A DNA stretch of 32,000 nt from a virus: IMG/VR virus record IMGVR_UViG_3300045988_160728, positions 69,584 to 101,583 of that record; one strand, written 5' to 3'. A model generated the notes under the pieces. It worked only from the letters and a program-made list of their open reading frames with translations. It searched no databases and was not told the DNA's origin. Below are positions 9,118 to 18,670 of this stretch, one piece after another (position 1 is the stretch's first letter; the number at the start of each line of letters is the position of its first letter). A program made the translations under genes and the position numbers.

Positions 9118-10570
9118 TTAGTCTTTCACGAATCTCTTCAAAAGTCTGTTCTTTTACTAATTCTCCATCTTTAAAGACGAGTTTCAGTTCATTTTCTTCT
9201 GGCATTGTATCTTCTGCATAACCATCATGACACACGAATTTATTTTCTTCTTTTACTACACAGCAAAGTCCTTTATGAGATTTCTTCAGATTATTTTTAT
9301 CTGTTTTTGGATTCTTCTGAATGGTATATTCTTTGCCATCAATTACACAATAAGTGCTCTTCATTGCAAATCCAAAAGTATCTCTTGTTAAGCAAACCAT
9401 TCCATCTTCTGGCGTACACATTGCAGAGAAAGAAAACGCACCTACTCCAAAAAGAATCGCATCTGCTGCAAATCCTAATCCTTCAAGCTGTGTCCAAATC
9501 TCTTTGATCTTACTGTACTGACAACCATCTCCGTAAATGATTCCAATCTTTGGATTTAACTCCTTATAACCTTTTGAGTTTACAGTTCCACCAAAAATCT
9601 GATATAATTTCTGAACAGTTTTTACTGAAATTTCAACGATATCGCCGCTATCAGGACGTACAAGGAATTTGCCATTATGCTCTTCGATTTCTTTTCTCAG
9701 TTTTGGAAGTGTTTCGTCAATAAGGTTCCAGTAATCAAATGTATCAGAGACATAACTGAAAGATGTATTCTTATATGTATCAGTCAGTAATCTTCTTAAC
9801 AGATTTTCTTCTGTCTCGCATACAGCCAGATTACTGCATACGGTTGCATGTTCCAGGCTAACTGCTCCAATACCAATATGGTTCTTAGCACAATCAGCAT
9901 CGTACATTTTATCAATATACTGAGTTGCAGGAATTGTAGAAGTTTTATTGAAAGATAGCAGCCATGAAGAACTTGCATGAACTCCGTTCTCAATGCCGAG
10001 TCCTCTGAATCCAAAATCCGCCATAGCCATTGCAGGATTAGCACCATCTGTAGTTTTCTCGTAAAATTCATTTGCAAGTGTTTTATATTTATGACCTACA
10101 GTTGCCCAGTTGCATGTCCCAAAAATAAAAGACTGCATAATGCATTCCAGCCATTGTACCGTCCATGCGAAATCTGGATGTGCGTTACTCATCTCGATAC
10201 ACGGGACTCCCATTGTTACAACAGATCCTTCTGGAAGAGCTTTGATCTCTACAGGTAAATACTGCAGATCCCATAATTTTTCGATACGTCCAAGATCATA
10301 ACTCTGAGAACCGATCTGATTATCCAGATATTCTTTATATTCTGCAATAACTTCTTTTTTGGGTCTTTTGAAGAAAGTTTCATTTGCTAAATCAATCATA
10401 TATTCCTTAATAAAACCCTGTAATCCAAAGAATACAACTTCATTCAGATTTTTGAACATTGATTTTCTAGGAGTAATATAAGAAGTTAATTTTGTAAGAC
10501 CCTTTGGAAGAGCATCAGGATTTGTATTTTTATATGTATCTGCCATCAGCATAAAAGAAATGTTTCTCAT
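9098..10570 (-). CDS. nadV: nicotinamide phosphoribosyltransferase (NAMPT/NadV family)
   Basis: MADTYKNTNPDALPKGLTKLTSYITPRKS, DFGFRGLG, LVRPDSGDIVEI, GDGCQY; start at MRNISFML with GGAGG RBS (track start 10657). Confidence 0.9.
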   Translation of the reverse strand: MRNISFMLMADTYKNTNPDALPKGLTKLTSYITPRKSMFKNLNEVVFFGLQGFIKEYMIDLANETFFKRPKKEVIAEYKEYLDNQIGSQSYDLGRIEKLWDLQYLPVEIKALPEGSVVTMGVPCIEMSNAHPDFAWTVQWLECIMQSFIFGTCNWATVGHKYKTLANEFYEKTTDGANPAMAMADFGFRGLGIENGVHASSSWLLSFNKTSTIPATQYIDKMYDADCAKNHIGIGAVSLEHATVCSNLAVCETEENLLRRLLTDTYKNTSFSYVSDTFDYWNLIDETLPKLRKEIEEHNGKFLVRPDSGDIVEISVKTVQKLYQIFGGTVNSKGYKELNPKIGIIYGDGCQYSKIKEIWTQLEGLGFAADAILFGVGAFSFSAMCTPEDGMVCLTRDTFGFAMKSTYCVIDGKEYTIQKNPKTDKNNLKKSHKGLCCVVKEENKFVCHDGYAEDTMPEENELKLVFKDGELVKEQTFEEIRERLNGENHD

Positions 10571-10571
10571 T

Positions 10572-11402
10572 TTAGACCTCCGTAACTGTGATTTTATCGT
10601 GTTTTCCTGTGAAAAGACTGTCTGTTGTAAATAATCTTTCAACTGTTCCATCTTCAAGTGATTTGATTAATGTTCCTTTTTCTCTATCAAGAACTGAATT
10701 TTCGGTATGTGATGCATAAGCATAAATTCTATCTACACCACGTTCTTTCAACGCTTTTGCACTATAATATAAAGAACCGCCATATGAAATGATGTCATCA
10801 ATCATCAAAACTTTTTTACCTTTAAGATCAATATCGTTATCTCTGATTTTGAGTCCAAGAATTTTTCCTGTATTCCAATCTCGATTTTTCTCACCATAGC
10901 AATACGGAATGTCAGAAAACAATCCAGAATATCTTTTCGAACTACCGGCATCCGGAAAATAAAGAATAAGATTTTCTTTACTAATCTGCTCAATTACTTC
11001 ATCAATATATTCTCTTGGATTAAAAACATATACTCTATTCAAAAGCGCTGCTCCAACATTACTATGAACATCAAGTACCTCTACTCTATCAAATTCGAGC
11101 CAATTAATAACATCAGAGAACCCTTTTAATGTAAAAACCTCGCCCTGATCATGGATTCTGTCCATTCTGGCATTCGGAAGATAAAACATTGTAAGATCAA
11201 TTGATTTAATATATGGAAAATTTTTTAAATGTTTTGTAATATAAATCAGCGCTGAAAGTTCTTCTTCTTTCTCATACTTCCATGTAATGTTGTTATATTT
11301 CTGATAAAAACAATCGTCTAATACGATTCTCTGTGTTCCATCTGGAAAGTGTTCTACTTTTACTTCTTTCCCATTTAAAATGATCATATCTTTATTCTCC
11401 AA
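10572..11402 (-). CDS. prs: ribose-phosphate pyrophosphokinase-like (PRPP synthetase)
   Basis: PRPP-binding loop KKVLMIDDIISYGGSLYYSAKALKERG; phosphoribosyltransferase fold; between NAMPT and nicotinamidase. Confidence 0.8.
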   Translation of the reverse strand: MENKDMIILNGKEVKVEHFPDGTQRIVLDDCFYQKYNNITWKYEKEEELSALIYITKHLKNFPYIKSIDLTMFYLPNARMDRIHDQGEVFTLKGFSDVINWLEFDRVEVLDVHSNVGAALLNRVYVFNPREYIDEVIEQISKENLILYFPDAGSSKRYSGLFSDIPYCYGEKNRDWNTGKILGLKIRDNDIDLKGKKVLMIDDIISYGGSLYYSAKALKERGVDRIYAYASHTENSVLDREKGTLIKSLEDGTVERLFTTDSLFTGKHDKITVTEV

Positions 11403-11904
11403 TCACATTAATCTGGCAGCTTTTCATGGCTTCGAGTGCCGCCTTATGTTTTTCTGGTGTAGATCCCGCGCAACAGCCTGCGTCTACTGTAATTTCCGTA
11501 TTTGGAAACATAGCTTTAAGGACTAATGCATTTGAAATTACACATATATCCGTACACAAACCGACCAGATCGATATCACCATCTCCAATCCATGTCATAT
11601 TTCTCCACTGCAAAGTTCCAAAAGTACTTTTGTTTACATATCTGCAGTTAGGAACCTCGATGTCGCTCACAACCTTCCATCCTCTTGTTCCAAAAACACA
11701 ATGTTTTACTGGAAGTTTTCTTCCCTCCAGAGTATTTAAGTAATCGTCATAATGCGTATCTCTTGTAAAAATAATTTGATCTCCACGATTATAATACTCT
11801 TCAATTTTCTTTTTCACATTCGGAATAATCGCCTGTGCTTCTTCCGATCCAAGGCTACCATTTACGAAATCATTCTGCACATCTACTACAATTAAAGTTC
11901 TCAT
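11392..11904 (-). CDS. pncA: nicotinamidase / isochorismatase-family amidohydrolase
   Basis: LIVVDVQNDFVNGSLG, TRDTHYDDY, GLCTDICVISNAL (catalytic Cys). Confidence 0.85.
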   Translation of the reverse strand: MRTLIVVDVQNDFVNGSLGSEEAQAIIPNVKKKIEEYYNRGDQIIFTRDTHYDDYLNTLEGRKLPVKHCVFGTRGWKVVSDIEVPNCRYVNKSTFGTLQWRNMTWIGDGDIDLVGLCTDICVISNALVLKAMFPNTEITVDAGCCAGSTPEKHKAALEAMKSCQINVIGE

Positions 11905-12107
11905 TGTTTATTCTCCTCTCTTACTTCGTCAAATCTCTTTACCCAGTCCTCAAATGACACATCGTCTCCCACTGTGCCATCGTATTTACACATCCAATAT
12001 AGAGTTTTCTTTCTCTCGTATTCCAAGTCATCTCTTAAATTATGAATAATTGATTGAGCAAAATCTTTCATGTGATTGTATTCGCTTTTTAAGACTAATC
12101 CAAACAT
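11901..12107 (-). CDS. hypothetical protein
   Basis: 68 aa ORF. Confidence 0.5.
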   Translation of the reverse strand: MFGLVLKSEYNHMKDFAQSIIHNLRDDLEYERKKTLYWMCKYDGTVGDDVSFEDWVKRFDEVREENKQ

Positions 12108-12244
12108 TAAATTTCCTCTTTATCTTCTGCAAGTTTATTCCAGACACTTGCAATTTCTGACACCACTTCTTCTACGGTTTTGCCATCCGTTGAAATTCCT
12201 AATCTATCAAGATATTCCTTTAATTCAGACATCGTGTTTTCCAT
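12107..12244 (-). CDS. hypothetical 45 aa protein
   Basis: Manual translation MENTMSELKEYLDRLGISTDGKTVEEVVSEIASVWNKLAEDKEEI*. Confidence 0.5.
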   Translation of the reverse strand: MENTMSELKEYLDRLGISTDGKTVEEVVSEIASVWNKLAEDKEEI

Positions 12245-12268
12245 TATTTTTCCTCACTTTCCAAAATT

Positions 12269-12433
12269 TTAGTAATCGTTACTAATTTCTAATTTCGATT
12301 CTTTTTCGAATCTATCTACATATTCTCTGACACGTTCGTATGCTGCAGGAACACTAATATGTTCTTTCAGTAAAAGTTCTTCTACAGATGCTCGTTCAAT
12401 AAGAATTTTTCGATCGTGTTCTTCTTGCGTCAT
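12269..12433 (-). CDS. hypothetical 54 aa protein
   Basis: Manual translation MTQEEHDRKILIERASVEELLLKEHISVPAAYERVREYVDRFEKESKLEISNDY*. Confidence 0.5.
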   Translation of the reverse strand: MTQEEHDRKILIERASVEELLLKEHISVPAAYERVREYVDRFEKESKLEISNDY

Positions 12434-12487
12434 AATAATCACCTTATAAGTTTGGCTGACCAGTTTACACCAGCCAGCCGTTTCTTT

Positions 12488-12868
12488 TTAGTCTAATTCA
12501 TCAAGCATTTTCTGCAGATCTTCTACGGAAGCGTTTTGAAGTGCCTCATCCTGCTTAGTAGCAATGATCTGCATAATTTTCTGTTTCTTCTCTTTACGTT
12601 CTGCAGCTTCCTGCCGATTCTTTTTCTCTTCCAGTTTCTCATTAAAGATATATTTTACAATCTCAATCTTGGTCGCAAGAATATCATCTTCCTCGGATTT
12701 GGTCTGAAGCAGACTTTCTTCATCCGTCTTCTTTACTTCTGCATTCAGCGTCTTAAACACTGTATCCAGCGATCCAAGCGGAAGATCATATAAATCTTCT
12801 ACTGCAATCTGTCCCTTATACGGGAAACGATATTTACCTTTTACTGCTTTTTCAAACATATTACTCAT
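12488..12868 (-). CDS. hypothetical charged protein
   Basis: 126 aa ORF. Confidence 0.65.
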   Translation of the reverse strand: MSNMFEKAVKGKYRFPYKGQIAVEDLYDLPLGSLDTVFKTLNAEVKKTDEESLLQTKSEEDDILATKIEIVKYIFNEKLEEKKNRQEAAERKEKKQKIMQIIATKQDEALQNASVEDLQKMLDELD

Positions 12869-12885
12869 AATTTTATTCTCCTTTA

Positions 12886-14949
12886 TTAAAATTTGATTTT
12901 CATAATTCTTTCTGTAGCACCTTTAACTTTTACAACAAGCTCATTGCGCTGCGTCAGACTAAAACCAACACCAGAGAGCTGATCATCGACGTCTGTTACA
13001 CTACACTTTGCGCCAAGTGCCTCAAATACTTTACGATGTGGAACTAATTCATTCTTAAGATATTCCACAAAGAAACCATTCGGCTGTTCTGGATTTACAC
13101 ATCCATTCAGGAAGAAGAAAAGATGTTTATTCCCGATTCCATTCTGCTCATCAAAATAGTTCGGGCTGTAACTGATTACAGATACAGGTGTAAACTGATT
13201 TGTCTGTACTCCCCATACTTCTCTACTAGAAGTAGCCGAGTGACCAAAAAGTTTTTCTTTGATGGTAAAGTTTCCGTTCTGATCCATAATTACTTCTGCG
13301 ACGTCTACGTCTCCACGCACTGGGTTATTGTATTCAAACGAATAGATCTCGCCATCGAATTCAATTTCTGCTTTAAATCCTTTACTTCCTCGACTAGCAA
13401 ACTGATGTACAAAAAATTTATAAACACCTGGCATCATTTTTAATTTATTCTGCCAAGTAATATTCTCTACTGCCGGTTTACCTGGCATCTGATTCATTGG
13501 CTGTGTAATATCAATATCAAGCTGACCACCAAGCTTCGACATAGATGGTTTTCTATCACTACCAAAATAGATTTCATGACCATTTGGTTCAATGCAATGA
13601 GCATCAAGGTCACTATTGTCATTCTGATCCTCGTTCCACATAATAGAAAATCTAAGCACACCATCTACATTTCCACCAGCGTTCTTTACATTCTGTTTAA
13701 TGTCAGAGTCAGTAATATTGCCTGTATATGCCCAGCTCAGACCATTATTCCACTTGAACATTGTTTTAGAATCAGGATCTTCTGGCGCAATTAAAGAAAC
13801 AAAATTCTTTTCATGTTTATTCTCTACAAATACTTCAACCTCTTTCGCAGTCGGAAGAACCTTTTCTACGAAATCCTGTGCAGTCACTTCTTCTACTCTA
13901 GAAAATTTCTTTGGATTAACTGCTACAGATTTTGACATCTCTGTAAAAATGTCTCCTCCACCAGAAATTCTCTTCGCTGCATCTTTATTAGAAAATAGAA
14001 TATTATTTACTGTGATATCATCCAGATTTGCAAAGCGACGCTTCAGAGAATCCATATACCCAAGTTCTGTCAGAGTTTTCTTTGCATCGTTCAACATTCT
14101 CTGAGTATAAATTGGCTTACTTCTTTTATAGTTGCTGGGTGCTACAATCTGCTCGTATTTCTTTACTGCAAGATCGAGGCCCATTCCTTCGCTTACATTT
14201 ACAAGTAGTGTTCCAATAGAATGATTTCTGATTTTACCAATAACGGCTCCTGCTTTTAGAGATTTCTCCCAGGCATAAAGATTTTTCTCTTCTTCCGGAA
14301 TTTTGTCGTATTCCTTTTTGTATTTCTTGAATTCAACCAGCGGAATCCTCCACTCTGCTCCACGATACAGCGTATTGGAATTAATCAGCTCAAGAATTGT
14401 TTCCACAGAATCCATAGTGATCTCATCCAGAGAACGTTTAAATACATTTTTAATATCTCTGTATTCACCATGGATATTACCTGCAGATCTACGAGAGTCA
14501 AATACAAACTTATCAGGAAGTCTCATATAAAAGTGATCCCACTGATGAGATTTTCCGTTGATCATTTCAAAGTTCTTATCTGTGCCAATATTTTTAAGCT
14601 GACTTACAAAAACATCGACTACCTCTTCGTTATGGATAAGTTTGGAAAGTGCCTTGACTACCGGCTCATAAATAGTTCCAGACATATCTACATCCCAAAT
14701 ACTTTCCATTTTATTATCCTTGATTACAACCACAGCGCCGATTGTACGAATGAACTGGCGGCAGCAGGTACAGTCATGTTCTCTTCTCTCTCTAAAAATA
14801 TTGTTCGTTCCTGGCGCAAAGCTATCGAGATATGTATCCCACAGCAGCTCCTTGTCTACGTCCACTTCGAATAACTTATCTGCATTTGCGGACATTTTAT
14901 TGAAATGTTTCTGAAGCTTCTCCTTAAAAATTACGAACTGATCTAACAT
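12886..14949 (-). CDS. large hypothetical protein
   Basis: 687 aa; contains CTCCRQF motif and a beta-rich C-terminal segment (RFSIMWNEDQNDNSDLDAHCIEPNG...); no family assigned with confidence. Confidence 0.8.
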   Translation of the reverse strand: MLDQFVIFKEKLQKHFNKMSANADKLFEVDVDKELLWDTYLDSFAPGTNNIFRERREHDCTCCRQFIRTIGAVVVIKDNKMESIWDVDMSGTIYEPVVKALSKLIHNEEVVDVFVSQLKNIGTDKNFEMINGKSHQWDHFYMRLPDKFVFDSRRSAGNIHGEYRDIKNVFKRSLDEITMDSVETILELINSNTLYRGAEWRIPLVEFKKYKKEYDKIPEEEKNLYAWEKSLKAGAVIGKIRNHSIGTLLVNVSEGMGLDLAVKKYEQIVAPSNYKRSKPIYTQRMLNDAKKTLTELGYMDSLKRRFANLDDITVNNILFSNKDAAKRISGGGDIFTEMSKSVAVNPKKFSRVEEVTAQDFVEKVLPTAKEVEVFVENKHEKNFVSLIAPEDPDSKTMFKWNNGLSWAYTGNITDSDIKQNVKNAGGNVDGVLRFSIMWNEDQNDNSDLDAHCIEPNGHEIYFGSDRKPSMSKLGGQLDIDITQPMNQMPGKPAVENITWQNKLKMMPGVYKFFVHQFASRGSKGFKAEIEFDGEIYSFEYNNPVRGDVDVAEVIMDQNGNFTIKEKLFGHSATSSREVWGVQTNQFTPVSVISYSPNYFDEQNGIGNKHLFFFLNGCVNPEQPNGFFVEYLKNELVPHRKVFEALGAKCSVTDVDDQLSGVGFSLTQRNELVVKVKGATERIMKIKF

Positions 14950-14993
14950 GATATTTTCTCCTTCTTTATGTTTTTCTTCTATTTTGTTATCTT

Positions 14994-16037
14994 TTACTCT
15001 ACTTTGCTCTCTGTTTCCTTCATCTTATTGGTTGTTTCTTCTTTTACATTATTCTCCGAACTTTCTTCTTTATTATTTTCACCAACTACATTTGCTTTTT
15101 CTGGTTCTTTATTTTCCTTTGTATCTTCTGTAGTATTCTCTGCATCAGAAATCAGTTTTTCAACCTTTTTTACGATTTCTTTTGTTGATTCGGTCTGTTT
15201 TTCTTCCTCTTCTTTTTTAGATTCGAGTTTCTTTTTCTCTTCTTCAAACTCCATCATTGCCTGAAGATATGCTTCTTTCTGAATTGCAATCTGTTCATTT
15301 CTTCTCTCTTCTTCTTTTTTAGTTGCTTCTTCTGCTCTTCTTGCACGACGTCGTTCATTTCTCTCATGACGTTTCTGTTTCTGACGAAGTTTAATTTCTT
15401 CCTCTTCTTTGTCTAATGCAGCGAGCTTCTGCTGACATTCATATACTTTCAAAGCATTCTTGACTTTTGATACATAATATTTTTCATATTTAAACTCATC
15501 AGCTTTCTTCTCAATACCTTCTGACGTATGTGTGTCATTATATAGTCGTTTTGCATATGCGATGTATAATGCTCTTTCAAGAGAGAAGATATCATTTTTG
15601 TCGCATACTGTTTTTACTTTCTTCCAAAGATCACCATCGAAAATCACTTCCACTACTCGATTTGGTACAATAATATTGACAGAGCATACACCCGACTTAT
15701 AGATATACTCTTCCATTTTGTTTTCAATACGTTCCCTTTGTGTTAATCCTACTTCCTGTTTTTTCATTTCTTTATTCTCCTTTTTAACGTTAGATATAAA
15801 TGTATAATTTTTATTTACTAGATCAAAGCTTGCAACAACTTTTTCAAGACACTCTTCTTCAAATGCAAAATCAGCACCGCAATTTAACTTATATACACTA
15901 CTACCATTAGCATGTTTTATCACAACAGTTATAATATATGTACATCCGCAGTACTTTTTCATATATGGAACAAAAGAAAAACAATTAATATCTTGATAAT
16001 CCTTAACTCTTACAATATCTCCTACTTTGAAACTCAT
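14994..16037 (-). CDS. hypothetical coiled-coil Lys/Glu-rich protein
   Basis: 347 aa with long charged repeat-like C-terminus. Confidence 0.75.
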   Translation of the reverse strand: MSFKVGDIVRVKDYQDINCFSFVPYMKKYCGCTYIITVVIKHANGSSVYKLNCGADFAFEEECLEKVVASFDLVNKNYTFISNVKKENKEMKKQEVGLTQRERIENKMEEYIYKSGVCSVNIIVPNRVVEVIFDGDLWKKVKTVCDKNDIFSLERALYIAYAKRLYNDTHTSEGIEKKADEFKYEKYYVSKVKNALKVYECQQKLAALDKEEEEIKLRQKQKRHERNERRRARRAEEATKKEEERRNEQIAIQKEAYLQAMMEFEEEKKKLESKKEEEEKQTESTKEIVKKVEKLISDAENTTEDTKENKEPEKANVVGENNKEESSENNVKEETTNKMKETESKVE

Positions 16038-16043
16038 GTTTCA

Positions 16044-16496
16044 TCACTCCTCCACTTCTTTTGATAATTCTTTATACTCTTCCAGAAGCTTTGCAAATCT
16101 TGGATTCGTTTCTGCAAAAATCTCATATTTTTCATCATCTTTTGTTGACTGAATAATATTATCCATCATTTGTCTTAACTGATGTTTTTTATATTGTATT
16201 TTTGCTAATTCTTTTCGTCTTTTCTCTCGATCTTCGTAGGCCGTCATATCAATGGCGCTTGGGTTGATTTTACAAACAATTTCCTGTGTGATTTTTTCGT
16301 TTTCATGAAAATGCTTCATATCATCCAACGTAAGAATATTTTGAATTGTTAAAATTTGACCTCTACGATAGCCAGTAACTAATACTTTATCTCCTTTTTC
16401 GTATTTATAACCGTCGTTATAAATTGCAAAATATTCTTCCTTCCCCATAAGATTAATTCCTGCTACGGCTATATAGCCTGTTAATTCTTTTGCCAT
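16044..16496 (-). CDS. hypothetical protein
   Basis: 150 aa, N-terminal SH3/beta-barrel-like segment (KGDKVLVTGYRRGQILTIQNI). Confidence 0.65.
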   Translation of the reverse strand: MAKELTGYIAVAGINLMGKEEYFAIYNDGYKYEKGDKVLVTGYRRGQILTIQNILTLDDMKHFHENEKITQEIVCKINPSAIDMTAYEDREKRRKELAKIQYKKHQLRQMMDNIIQSTKDDEKYEIFAETNPRFAKLLEEYKELSKEVEE

Positions 16497-16564
16497 GTTT
16501 TACTCCTTCTTATGTTTATATATTCTCTAAAGAAATGTGCCTTTCATCGCGTTTTATATTTCAG

Positions 16565-16683
16565 TCATGCGATTTAAAATGCCTAAAAATGGATGGGCGG
16601 CGTATCCATCATCTCAGGTACTCTTTCCAGAGTGTGTCTGGAACCATTTCCGACCTCATTTTCAGACATGTTAAATCGCATGA
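16565..16683. ncRNA. candidate structured RNA element (three-way-junction-like)
   Basis: Perfect 12-nt inverted repeat TCATGCGATTTA (16565-16576) / TAAATCGCATGA (16672-16683) enclosing TTCCAGAgtgtgTCTGGAA, GATGG...CCATC, AAATGG...CCATTT and AAAATG...CATTTT complementarities. Confidence 0.4.
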
Positions 16684-16697
16684 CCTACTATTCTCCG

Positions 16698-16853
16698 TTA
16701 ATATATTCCGAAAAAGCTATACACTAGCTCAACCACAGTAGTTACAATAATAGTGATCCATAAAACCTTTTCACTTTTTCGTTCTGGCTTCTCTTCAATT
16801 AGATTTAACCAGGCGAAGATAATTAGAATGATTCTTAAAATTGTAAGTAGCAT
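16698..16853 (-). CDS. small membrane protein
   Basis: Manual translation MLLTILRIILIIFAWLNLIEEKPERKSEKVLWITIIVTTVVELVYSFFGIY*; two hydrophobic segments. Confidence 0.45.
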   Translation of the reverse strand: MLLTILRIILIIFAWLNLIEEKPERKSEKVLWITIIVTTVVELVYSFFGIY

Positions 16854-16880
16854 ACTTTTATTTCACCTCCCTTCTTTTAT

Positions 16881-18428
16881 TTATACAGCCATTCCTTCTT
16901 GATCTGCATGGGTCGCTTCGTATTCTAGACGATTATATTTTCTCCAAATCATTCCACGCCTTGTTCTTACAATTTTTACTTTGTCTAATAAATTATTCTT
17001 TAATAATTCATATTCTTCTGGCTTTATACTTATAGAAGGGTATTTGACTGTTTGTGCTTTATATGTAAATCGTATTTTGAAATTACCATTAGGTAGTTTT
17101 TGCATGGATTCTACTTCTGCGATATTTCCTCTATGCTTTCCACTATTTATGTAAATTAAATCTCCACATTTCAAACAATATGAATTACAAACAAAAGTGC
17201 GTTTACCAGGTTTAATTTTCTTACCACGAAATTGTCTCATATTGTTTATATATTCTTTTTGCGTGACTCGTTTAGACGGAGCATTTGGAAGCCTTTCCTT
17301 ATATAATGTATTTCCACTTTTTTCTTTTCCATCACGTACATCTATGTATTTTGCATCACTAAATGTCTCCATACTCCTGTCATTGCATCGTTTTTGATCT
17401 ACAATATAGATATTCTCCGTTAGTGTCACATCCTTGTAATCATTAATACAAACAGCATCCGTATAATGAAATTTTCTTAAACCGGCATTCCTTCTATTAA
17501 TTTTTGTTTGATATCCATACCCAACTTTGACGTCATATTTGCCAGAAAGCCTTTCAAAAAGTTCCCAACGAACCATATTCATATAAGTACTGTCTTTGTA
17601 TGTATCCGATAACTTCATACTCTTAACTTTCTCAAAATATTTATTGTCGTTATTATTGGAATGCACCTTCCGATGACAACTATGACATAAAGATATTAGA
17701 TTACTTGGTTTATCGGTTCCTCCCTTTGAACGCGGTTGTATATGATGAACTTCAATCACAACATTTTTATTTGCGCCACACAACCGACATGTATGTTTAT
17801 CTCTATCTCTAACATAAGCTGCTGCATTTTCATATCCTTTCATTTCTCCATTTTGATAATCTTTTCCTGATATTTCTTTCCCGTCAGCTAAAGCTTTTAT
17901 CATCTGGATATCAAATTTAGCAACTTCTACAATTACCTTATCTACTGGAACCCATGACGCAATTTTATCTATTAAACGAATATGTGAATCAATTTTATGT
18001 TGTATTGATGGAGCAAACCATCCTTCTTCATTTCCATTTTTATATGTTGGATTATGTACGGTTTTGTAATCAACATTTTTATTTTTCCTGTACCTAATTC
18101 TGGATCTTCGTGTTCTTCGATATCCATTTCGATTTGTTAATCTATCCGACATTCCTTTTAATAATTCGACTTGTCCAGCTAAATACTCATGATAATTATC
18201 ACTGACAGAAAATCCTATATTCAAATATCCGCTATCAATTTTTAACTCGAAAATATCCCTATTTTCAAAATCACTCTTATAATCGTCTATTCGTTTTATT
18301 ACTAATGGATCATGATTAATAATTTTTGCTTTATTATTTCTAAGCAAATAACCAGCTCTACCGTTTAAAATCGGTACACATGGTTTATTATTTTTATCTA
18401 CTACTAAAGTAAAATCTAAATATTGCAT
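16881..18428 (-). CDS. iscB: IscB-family RNA-guided nuclease-like protein (RRXRR/RuvC-HNH)
   Basis: PLMP-like N-terminus (LVVDKNNKPCVPILNGRAGYLLRNNKAKI), RuvC-I LKIDSGYLNIGFSV, bridge helix GYRRTRRSRIRYRK, GWFAPSIQHKIDSHIRLI, RuvC-II VIVEVAKFD, HNH CRLCG...VEVHHIQPRSKGGTDKPSNLISLCHSCHRKVH (read as ...VVIEVHHI...), RuvC-III KFHYTDAVCI, C-terminal GDLIYINSGKHRGNIAEV; AGGAG RBS 6 nt upstream of ATG. Confidence 0.9.
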   Translation of the reverse strand: MQYLDFTLVVDKNNKPCVPILNGRAGYLLRNNKAKIINHDPLVIKRIDDYKSDFENRDIFELKIDSGYLNIGFSVSDNYHEYLAGQVELLKGMSDRLTNRNGYRRTRRSRIRYRKNKNVDYKTVHNPTYKNGNEEGWFAPSIQHKIDSHIRLIDKIASWVPVDKVIVEVAKFDIQMIKALADGKEISGKDYQNGEMKGYENAAAYVRDRDKHTCRLCGANKNVVIEVHHIQPRSKGGTDKPSNLISLCHSCHRKVHSNNNDNKYFEKVKSMKLSDTYKDSTYMNMVRWELFERLSGKYDVKVGYGYQTKINRRNAGLRKFHYTDAVCINDYKDVTLTENIYIVDQKRCNDRSMETFSDAKYIDVRDGKEKSGNTLYKERLPNAPSKRVTQKEYINNMRQFRGKKIKPGKRTFVCNSYCLKCGDLIYINSGKHRGNIAEVESMQKLPNGNFKIRFTYKAQTVKYPSISIKPEEYELLKNNLLDKVKIVRTRRGMIWRKYNRLEYEATHADQEGMAV

Positions 18429-18670
18429 AATTTTCTCCTTTTAATTAATAACTCGACTTATAGTCGGTAATACTCTTTGACAATGTTATTACAAGTTTTT
18501 ATGCTTAAATCACTTGCGACAAGAAAGTTAGACGTAACGCATGTTTAAATCTAAACGATATAATTTGATACTAGAGTTACATATCAATATATTTTCTTGT
18601 AATAACGTAGATTAAATCTAAGTCTATTTTTATTTAACGTCTTAATTTTATAGAGTTATTTTATTTTGAG
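18429..18670 (-). ncRNA. putative omegaRNA/tracrRNA-like scaffold with anti-repeat
   Basis: Anti-repeat 18643-18657 (15-nt pairing with repeat 18678-18692, one G.U); 11-bp stem 18596-18606 / 18485-18495; hairpins TAGATtaaATCTA 18608-18620, TTGATA..TATCAA, GTTTAgattTAAAC, CGACTtatAGTCG 18455-18467. Confidence 0.6.

Noticed and set aside
7823-11904. Interpreting the NAD cluster as a bacterial chromosomal fragment
   Set aside because: It is embedded in the same dense, minus-strand run of small unknown genes as the rest of the window; phage-borne NAD salvage genes are well established, though a host origin by transfer is possible.
12536-14914. Plus-strand ORFs in the track (for example 13700..14104, 14470..14874, 14968..15264)
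   Set aside because: Antisense to long, well-supported minus-strand genes, with Ser/Phe-rich low-complexity translations typical of shadow ORFs.
16565-16683. Treating this structured element as the canonical omegaRNA/HEARO of iscB
   Set aside because: Canonical omegaRNAs lie 5' of iscB; this element is 3' of the gene and separated by a small ORF. The 18429-18670 region fits better.
16881-18428. Calling the gene a generic homing HNH endonuclease or a Cas9
   Set aside because: The PLMP-like N-terminus, Arg-rich bridge and split RuvC around a single HNH fit IscB; there is no REC lobe and 515 aa is too short for Cas9.
18605-18670. A further CRISPR repeat one period downstream of the array
   Set aside because: No repeat copy at the expected 66-nt spacing; only the shorter anti-repeat is present. 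None is seen upstream at about 18803 either.
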